This document shows, piece by piece, positions 57,637-64,000 of a stretch of DNA of 64,000 bases (its first letter is position 1; every line of letters begins with the position of its first letter). A program made the translations under genes and the position numbers. Below the pieces are notes generated by a model that was not told where the DNA came from, ran no database searches, and saw nothing but the letters and a program-made list of their open reading frames with translations. Source of the stretch: Bacteroidales bacterium (GTDB lineage: Bacteria; Bacteroidota; Bacteroidia; Bacteroidales; VadinHA17); the NCBI GenBank assembly GCA_024763075.1, contig JANTGF010000008.1, forward strand, positions 15,531 through 79,530, in the 5' to 3' direction.

Positions 57637-59163
57637 TTAATAAATACGTATCAGGCTTACCCCGTGTGCTTGTACTTCCGTTGAAAAGTCTTTGGTATAT
57701 TTTCCAAGGTCTTTTTGCCGCCACAGATCCCTGACCTGTTTCTCACCTTTAATACCCAGGTCCTTCCATGAAATATTCATCTTTTGAATTTCATTTCCGG
57801 TATTAAAGATACCTACCGCCAGAGATCCATCAATCATCGGCTTTACCATTACAAATTTCTGATCAGTTTTCTCCTGGAGTATAGCCTGTTTGCCCAAAGG
57901 GTCCTGATTTACGTCAATAACCTCATGATTGCATAAAACATTCAATGTGAACTTATCCAGTTTTGCCATGTCCCCGCTAAAAATCAAAGGAGCAGCCATC
58001 AAAGACCACATTGACATGTAGCTATATTGCTCCCAGGGAGTCAGGTCTGTAGGTTTTCCTTCTGCCATTTTATTTGCATTACCCACCCAGCCGATCAATA
58101 TATAATCCGGATCATTCCAGGCACCGGGTTGTGCATATTCTGCATGCCCGGCATTACTGAAACCAATGGAATAAAACCCGGGAAGGTTGTTGCGGTGAGC
58201 CAGACCAAGGTCACCGGTTGTACGCCAGCAATTACCTACTTCACCGCCCCATTCCCAAACATTACCCATTCCATACTGGCAGAGATTTAATACGATATCC
58301 CTGTCCTGCATTTTTAGTTCGTTCCACATCAAACGATAGGGGCGGATGTAATAATCCGGATCACTTTTCTTTCCTGCCACTTTACCATAACTGCACCAGT
58401 CATATTTCAAAAAATCATAACCCCAGTCAGCAAAAGTTTTCGCATCCAGAGCTTCATGTTTGTAGCTTCCTTCATATCCTGCACAGGTATAGCGTCCGGG
58501 AGAAATATATAAACCGGCTTTCAAGCCTTTGGAATGAATATAATCTGCCATTCCTTTCATATCCGGAAATCGTTTATTCGGGATTATTCTACCCTGACTG
58601 TCTCTTCTTTTTCCATTTAAATCCGGATCCTTCGATTTTAATTTCATCATCCAGCAATCATCAATATTCACATACTGATAGCCATAATCAGCCATACCCG
58701 ATGCAATCATCTGGTCTGCTGCTTCTCTCATAGTCTTATCACTGATCCTGTTATAATGGATATACCAGCTGTTCCATCCCATTGGAGGTGTAAGTGCCAG
58801 TTTATCGCCTACTTCCAGTGTAAATTTACGGGAAACGGAGCCCTGCTTATTACTGGCAGTTAGTGTTAAGGAATAGGATCCCGGCTTATTTACAACTCCT
58901 GACAGAATCCCGTTATCTTCATCAAGAAAAATCCCTTCCGGCATATTCCTTGCGGTAAATTTTATTGGTCTTTCACCTGTACAGGGTATTCTGAAAATAA
59001 GCGGTGATCCGGGCCTTAACCCAAAAACAACAGGTCCGGTAATCCTGGGTGTCAAAGGAGGTTCCGGGGTAAGAATGAATGCGTCATATTTCCCGTCAGA
59101 TTTACTTTGAGACATTGCCAAAGCCGGCAGGACAAGTGCAATAAAAAATAAAAGATTTCTCAT
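57637..59163 (-). CDS. Alpha-galactosidase, glycoside hydrolase family 27, with N-terminal Ig-like domain
   Basis: PPMGWNSWY, YVNIDDCW, DFLKYDWC, NDPD(Y)IL motifs. The N-terminal ~110 aa Ig-like module (ILSGVVNKPGSYSLTLTASN) resembles He_PIG. Confidence 0.9.
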   Translation of the reverse strand: MRNLLFFIALVLPALAMSQSKSDGKYDAFILTPEPPLTPRITGPVVFGLRPGSPLIFRIPCTGERPIKFTARNMPEGIFLDEDNGILSGVVNKPGSYSLTLTASNKQGSVSRKFTLEVGDKLALTPPMGWNSWYIHYNRISDKTMREAADQMIASGMADYGYQYVNIDDCWMMKLKSKDPDLNGKRRDSQGRIIPNKRFPDMKGMADYIHSKGLKAGLYISPGRYTCAGYEGSYKHEALDAKTFADWGYDFLKYDWCSYGKVAGKKSDPDYYIRPYRLMWNELKMQDRDIVLNLCQYGMGNVWEWGGEVGNCWRTTGDLGLAHRNNLPGFYSIGFSNAGHAEYAQPGAWNDPDYILIGWVGNANKMAEGKPTDLTPWEQYSYMSMWSLMAAPLIFSGDMAKLDKFTLNVLCNHEVIDVNQDPLGKQAILQEKTDQKFVMVKPMIDGSLAVGIFNTGNEIQKMNISWKDLGIKGEKQVRDLWRQKDLGKYTKDFSTEVQAHGVSLIRIY

Positions 59164-59184
59164 TAGAATTTTATTTAAAATATA

Positions 59185-61749
59185 CTATTTTGCATTCTTT
59201 ACCTGCTCATGAAAAGCATCCATATGCGCCTTTCCTGCCTCGGCAAAATGTGTGATACCTTCCCGTTCCACAACTTCATTAAACCGGGCATAAGTGCCAT
59301 CGTATTTTGAATCTAAAGGAGCTCTTTTGCATTTCAGATACATCAAAGGTAACCGGGCCATCTCAACCCTTTTTCGGATGATATCGTTTTCTGAAATAAG
59401 CTCAGCTTTATCAAATATTTCATCGGCAGCCCTTATAAAATTATCCGTAAAAATCTTATCATCAGGCCTTAATCCCAGATGAATATGAGTATTCGGAGTA
59501 ATCTGGTTATGAAGCAAATCAAAATACTCCCTGATAAACTGACCACTTCTTCCATAGTAGCCGTACATAAAGTCATTAATAACCTCATCCGCATTACAAT
59601 CAGCATTCCATAGAAGTTTGGAAATCAGATAAGCCCGGAGTTCAGCAAATTCTCCTCCCCTGCTTTGATAGGCTCCCTGCTCCATAATTCCAATAGACTT
59701 ATTCTCAATGAAAGATTTTATGTTCGGCTGCAATACCCTGAAATTAGGATAAGGCATAATATAATGACTGAAGTTTACAACATAATCCCAGATGTACAAA
59801 TGTGGTGAAATCGAGGACCATTCTTCCAGATCTGCTAAAAACTCCTGATTTTCGGGGCAACTTTCAAAATCGTGCGCAAAACAACACTCAATGCTGCATA
59901 AACGGATCACAACATTCTCCTTTGGTGTGATCTTTTTCGGTGGCTTCCGTGTATATTGGTATGCCAGCGTTCCTACATATTTATCCGGAAAATCTTTCTT
60001 TATTCTTTCTGCCACCTGATTCACAAACCAGACCACTACTCCGGCTTCACTTCCCTCTTTTCTGGCTATGGCCTGACATTTATCACACTGACAGGGATTT
60101 CGCCAGTCATTCTGTGAAACAGAATAGATCAGGTTCGTGGGATTTTCCTTCATGGTTTGTTTTAAACGCTCCGTTATAATATCCAGCACATCAGGATTTG
60201 TAAGACATAACTGAGCATGATCGTGAATCCTTTTACCGTCAATCAAGCTGTAATATTCCGGATGCTCTGCATAAAATTCGGAAGGGGGCATGAATTGATA
60301 AAATGTATGCACAGCCCAGTACCCTTCAATCCCGCCCTCTTGTTTACGATATCCCATAGCACCATTGATCTTGTTGTGAGCAGCCCATTCCGGATCAAAG
60401 GCCTCATAATAGAAATCATTTCGCACCTGTAAAGTGGGTTTTTCCTGATGATAAATGTAATTAAAAACAAATTTTTCCCGATCAGGAACCAGGGTAACAT
60501 CCGGTGTGTACCATCGTACACCAAAATAATCTTCCAGGAATGAAAAGACAGCATACATTGTTCCCCTTTGTTTTCCACCAGCCAAAATCAGATTAGATTT
60601 AACATTTTGATAAGTATAAGCCTCGTCCAGGGAATCCGGAAGTTGAAAAGCGGATCCTAACAATGCCTGTGCATGTTTATTGTATCCGATAATTATTTCA
60701 TTTTCTCCGGGTTTGGACGTATCACCGGATATTTTAAAATCTGCACCGCTTATGTTTGACAGGTATTTCTGCAATTCAGAAGCTGCCCACCTTTCTGATT
60801 CGGAAGCATCTTCTCCTACTATTATCCGGTAATCAGATTCTTTATCATCAAATAAGTGATAATCTATTCTTTTACCTGCAAAGAAACCAATTTCCTGCCT
60901 CCATTTTTTCCCGTCCTTTTCTTCTGCATTTATTTTAATCAGGTAAGGTTTATAATCCTGATTCTTAAGCTCCAGTGGCATTTTCTGATCCTTGGTCCAG
61001 TCACCTTCCCATATTAAATCCATATCTCCTTTCCTGGAATATATTTCAAGGTTCACCGCATTAAACAAATCATCTACAACACCGGGTTCCATCGTACAAC
61101 GAAGTTCAGGCCTTCCTTCGGTTGAAGTTACCACCCTGAAAAACGGCCTGTTTCCGGTATATGTTTCAATATTGAATGGAAGTACACGGGCGCAGAACTC
61201 CCATTTATTGCCTCTCTCTTCGATCTTTAGTAAAATTTTATTTGTACCCTTTTTGAAGAATACAGGAATCAGATCATCATCCGGTTTGCATCCGCGTCCA
61301 CCCCGATAGTCCCAAATCTGTTCTCCGTTTACCCAGAGCCTTCCTCCATCATTTGTTCCCAGCGAGAAAAGATAAGTTTTTGCTTCCGCCACAAAAATTT
61401 CCGTATAGGCGTATGCAGCAATAAATGAATACCCTGAAATTTCTTTATCCAGGTCAATGATGGAATCTGTTCCGGAATAAGCCGTCCATTCTATTTTGGT
61501 ACTACCCAGCTTAACTTTTTTACCGGTTTTAACCACGGGATTACTTTCACCTCCGTACTTCGAAAGAAAATCTTTTTCAAATCCCGGTAAATGCTCTAAT
61601 TCATTCACACTTTTTTCAAGTGGTAAGGGTCCCAGTAGTGTCCAGTTTGTTATCCAATGGTTCAGGACAAGTGAGTTTTGTTGTCCGAATGTTTGAACCG
61701 GAAAAAGAATTGTCATCAAAATAAATAATATTGTTATTATCTTTTTCAT
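59185..61749 (-). CDS. DUF4838-like putative glycoside hydrolase with N-terminal lectin/PA14-like beta-sandwich
   Basis: 854 aa, signal peptide. N-terminal W.LLGPLP...GTNDGGRLWVNGEQIWDY beta-sandwich. Core has YRIIVGEDAS..ERWAASELQKYL, VRWYTPD and SVSQNDW..PCQCDKCQA, typical of DUF4838. Confidence 0.6.
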   Translation of the reverse strand: MKKIITILFILMTILFPVQTFGQQNSLVLNHWITNWTLLGPLPLEKSVNELEHLPGFEKDFLSKYGGESNPVVKTGKKVKLGSTKIEWTAYSGTDSIIDLDKEISGYSFIAAYAYTEIFVAEAKTYLFSLGTNDGGRLWVNGEQIWDYRGGRGCKPDDDLIPVFFKKGTNKILLKIEERGNKWEFCARVLPFNIETYTGNRPFFRVVTSTEGRPELRCTMEPGVVDDLFNAVNLEIYSRKGDMDLIWEGDWTKDQKMPLELKNQDYKPYLIKINAEEKDGKKWRQEIGFFAGKRIDYHLFDDKESDYRIIVGEDASESERWAASELQKYLSNISGADFKISGDTSKPGENEIIIGYNKHAQALLGSAFQLPDSLDEAYTYQNVKSNLILAGGKQRGTMYAVFSFLEDYFGVRWYTPDVTLVPDREKFVFNYIYHQEKPTLQVRNDFYYEAFDPEWAAHNKINGAMGYRKQEGGIEGYWAVHTFYQFMPPSEFYAEHPEYYSLIDGKRIHDHAQLCLTNPDVLDIITERLKQTMKENPTNLIYSVSQNDWRNPCQCDKCQAIARKEGSEAGVVVWFVNQVAERIKKDFPDKYVGTLAYQYTRKPPKKITPKENVVIRLCSIECCFAHDFESCPENQEFLADLEEWSSISPHLYIWDYVVNFSHYIMPYPNFRVLQPNIKSFIENKSIGIMEQGAYQSRGGEFAELRAYLISKLLWNADCNADEVINDFMYGYYGRSGQFIREYFDLLHNQITPNTHIHLGLRPDDKIFTDNFIRAADEIFDKAELISENDIIRKRVEMARLPLMYLKCKRAPLDSKYDGTYARFNEVVEREGITHFAEAGKAHMDAFHEQVKNAK

Positions 61750-61909
61750 AAGCTTTTATTTTATTGATAATCTTTCTATTAGCTTTGTCATTTCCGATAG
61801 CCATCGGAACCATCAAAACAATTTTTACTTCTTTGTTTTTCAGGGCACTTACGTACCCGTTTATAAATATTAGGCTATATTCTAAACAATATTTTGTAAT
61901 TTTCAATGC

Positions 61910-62884
61910 TTATTGCATGGAAAACCGCATCAGCCGTTCCGTTATTTGTGGTTTTACATATTTTTTAAGGTAATCAGGGTAGCCCAAACCCCATGGCGAC
62001 GGACCAACATATTCGGATTTTTTACCTGTCATTTTAATATATCCTGCTGTAGAAATTTCCACCAGGGTAAAAAGCGGATCTTTATAAGGTGCGGTATATT
62101 TTATCCATTTAAAGTTTTTGTCCACCTCATCGCTGTATCTGATATATTCGTACTCTTCACCAAGCCATTTATAGGACATTGAATTGATCGTTATATACCA
62201 GATATTGTTTATCTCTTCTGCATAATCATGATGTGTATGGCCGTTAAAACAACAAATAACCCTGTATTTTTTCTTGGTTTTATTATGTTCTTCAAATATT
62301 TTTCGAACTTCCTTGGAATTTTCTATTGAATAACGCTCACCCGGAATATCCGGATCTGTTCCGATACCCTGATGAGAAAAAATGACGATTGGCTCTTGTG
62401 ATTTTTCCAATTCATTGCGCAGCCATTCTATCTGTTTCTTCCCAATGTAGGATTGGTAACCTTTCAATCCTGCTTCCTTTTTATCATTCCCGTTCAGTAC
62501 AATAAACTTAAAACCATTGCCTGAGAACGAATAATACGGGCTTTCCATCCCCCTGTAATCAATCGCCTTTTCCAGGGATGTTCCCCCATCCATTTCATGG
62601 TTACCTATTACATGGTATTTTTTTCCCGGAAATGAGTTCCAGATGGCAAAATATGGTTCATACTCTTTTTTGGGAATTCCAAAATCACCCAATTCTATGA
62701 TAAAATCGGGCCTGGCAATTTTCATACTGTCAATAAACCTTGTAATACGTTTTTCCGAATCATGCATGGTAGGGAGATGTACATCGGAACACATGCCTAT
62801 CTTTACTGTCTTAACCTCCTCTTTTGGAGTACAATTCATTAATAAAAAAACAGGAATTACAATTATATAAAGGATTTTTTTCAA
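61910..62884 (-). CDS. Metallophosphoesterase (calcineurin-like) lipoprotein
   Basis: Lipobox LLMNC. Motifs SDVH, GDFG, GNHE, SHQ, GHTHH in canonical order. Confidence 0.85.
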   Translation of the reverse strand: MKKILYIIVIPVFLLMNCTPKEEVKTVKIGMCSDVHLPTMHDSEKRITRFIDSMKIARPDFIIELGDFGIPKKEYEPYFAIWNSFPGKKYHVIGNHEMDGGTSLEKAIDYRGMESPYYSFSGNGFKFIVLNGNDKKEAGLKGYQSYIGKKQIEWLRNELEKSQEPIVIFSHQGIGTDPDIPGERYSIENSKEVRKIFEEHNKTKKKYRVICCFNGHTHHDYAEEINNIWYITINSMSYKWLGEEYEYIRYSDEVDKNFKWIKYTAPYKDPLFTLVEISTAGYIKMTGKKSEYVGPSPWGLGYPDYLKKYVKPQITERLMRFSMQ

Positions 62885-63073
62885 GGGTTTATAAAATTAT
62901 TAATTATTTGCATATCCGGCATTTATAAAATAATAGTAAATTTAATCAATCCGTCTCAGGATATTCTTTTTCCGCTCATTCAAATCTACTACCAATGGAA
63001 TCCGTTTTTTTGATTAAAGTTACATAAATAATTTCAAATTTTCATTACAGGTTTTATCCACTTAAAACCATAA

Positions 63074-64000
63074 CTAATGAAACAAAACTTCTTCCGGTAT
63101 TTCTCTTTTACTGATACCAGGACCTTTCCATAGCAGTCTTAGTTCAGTTTCGCCGCCCATCTGAAAATCTTTTAACAAGATTGTGTGAAATCCTTTTTGA
63201 AGACCAATTGTTCCGCTTCGTTCACCCAGCCAGTCGGTACTTTCGTTCGATGCGATGAGTTCATCATCTATCCATAATGCCGCAGCATATTCAGTATCTG
63301 CATAGAAAGTATAAATTCCTGTTTCAGGTATTTTTAGATACCCTTTGAAAACGAGCCCGTGATTCTGAGCCATCTTAAACCCGATATCAGAACTAATCTT
63401 TGTGGTAATACCACTTTTCAGTACAGGATACTGGTCTATCTGAGCAGTACTTTTGCAAACCCAGACTTCACGATAATCATACCCAATTCCCCTTTTTGCA
63501 TTGTTCACCTCCTTTGCCGGAGCCCGTGCCAGTTTCCTGAATCTGACACTTGATGTGTATCCCGGATGGTATCCATCTTTAAATGATTTCACCTTTAGTA
63601 TGCAGGATTTATCTATACTTATCGTTTCCCTGTATGCATTTGATTTTCTGCCCGGTTCGCTACCATCTGTGGTATAAAAAATCTCAACATCAGTCATATC
63701 ACAATTAACAGAAACATCACTTTTATCATTAAAAGTAACCACACCATCGCGGTTGATCTGCCTGTCTTTAACAATTATCCGGGGCATTGCCGCAACTTTA
63801 AAAGTTAAGGAACAGGGTCGGTCATCTCCTGATGATGCCCATAAAGTATTTGGTTTATCGCCCAGAACAAACTCCATTGTTCCGCCATTCATTATATCAT
63901 TATGCTTCAGATAGGACTTTGTATATGGCTTTCCATTCAATGTAACTGACTGAATGTAAATATTCTTGTCTCTATTGTTCCGAACAGTTATCTTAAACTT
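63074..64000 (-). CDS. C-terminal part of a GH92 alpha-mannosidase fused to a chitobiase-C-like domain and a PA14 domain (5' end outside window)
   Basis: The frame stays open from 63940 to the window edge (my translation: KFKITVRNNRDKNIYIQSVTLNGKPYTKSYLKHNDIMNGGTMEFVLGDKPN), which is the canonical GH92 C-terminus. It is followed by EIFYTTDGSEP (CHB_HEX_C-like) and a PA14 pattern (GIGYDYRE...FKGYLKIPETGIYTFY...LWIDDELI...LLWKGPG). Confidence 0.8.
   Translation of the reverse strand, partial: KFKITVRNNRDKNIYIQSVTLNGKPYTKSYLKHNDIMNGGTMEFVLGDKPNTLWASSGDDRPCSLTFKVAAMPRIIVKDRQINRDGVVTFNDKSDVSVNCDMTDVEIFYTTDGSEPGRKSNAYRETISIDKSCILKVKSFKDGYHPGYTSSVRFRKLARAPAKEVNNAKRGIGYDYREVWVCKSTAQIDQYPVLKSGITTKISSDIGFKMAQNHGLVFKGYLKIPETGIYTFYADTEYAAALWIDDELIASNESTDWLGERSGTIGLQKGFHTILLKDFQMGGETELRLLWKGPGISKREIPEEVLFH

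Noticed and set aside
58218-58733. 171-aa plus-strand ORF within the GH27 gene
   Set aside because: It is antisense to GH27 with a low-complexity S/H/P-rich composition.
61616-61973. Two short overlapping ORFs (96 aa minus strand, 69 aa plus strand) around the DUF4838 / metallophosphoesterase intergenic region
   Set aside because: They overlap the starts and ends of well-supported genes and each other, are AT-rich low-complexity translations, and have no motifs.
63938-63940. TTG start of the last minus-strand ORF as given in the ORF track
   Set aside because: The reading frame remains open to the window edge and the upstream residues are GH92-like. The gene is therefore truncated by the window rather than starting here.

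Overview
AT-rich Bacteroidota chromosomal window. The phylum call rests on a T9SS C-terminal sorting tail, a SusC/SusD pair, TAnnTTTG-type -7 promoter boxes and leaders without Shine-Dalgarno sequences. All calls come from reading the supplied translations and DNA by eye; no database search or alignment was run. Layout: (1) 0-23.4 kb is mostly housekeeping on the minus strand (mutS2, folD, ffh, argS, yidC, pyrG, DUF349). It also holds a GH18/T9SS enzyme, a GNAT plus deacetylase-like pair, a small wHTH-regulator/membrane-protein cluster, and two PagL-like outer-membrane paralogues flanking a small lipoprotein. (2) 23.5-33 kb holds a transporter-like membrane protein, a TPR sensor-like protein and a redox cluster (NifX-like, OYE/FadH-like flavoenzyme, two SDRs, VOC). 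(3) 33.2-50.4 kb is a polysaccharide-utilisation locus: three large secreted proteins of unrecognised family (two are tandem paralogues) converge on susD/susC, an IS110 relic lies in the susC upstream gap, and then come a GH140-like protein, a SemiSWEET-like mini-transporter, DUF2961/GH172-like and GH43. (4) 50.7-56.5 kb is an RND efflux operon (adaptor, permease, TolC). (5) 56.5-64 kb is a second glycan cluster on the minus strand: GDPD phosphodiesterase, GH27, DUF4838-like, metallophosphoesterase, and a GH92 C-terminus with PA14 that runs off the window. No rRNA, tRNA or CRISPR array was seen. The best candidate for something undescribed is the 33.2-40.4 kb trio of family-less secreted proteins within the regulator-less PUL. 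Secondary candidates are a GC-rich, strongly structured element between ffh and folD, and the phosphoesterase-containing glycan cluster at the right end.
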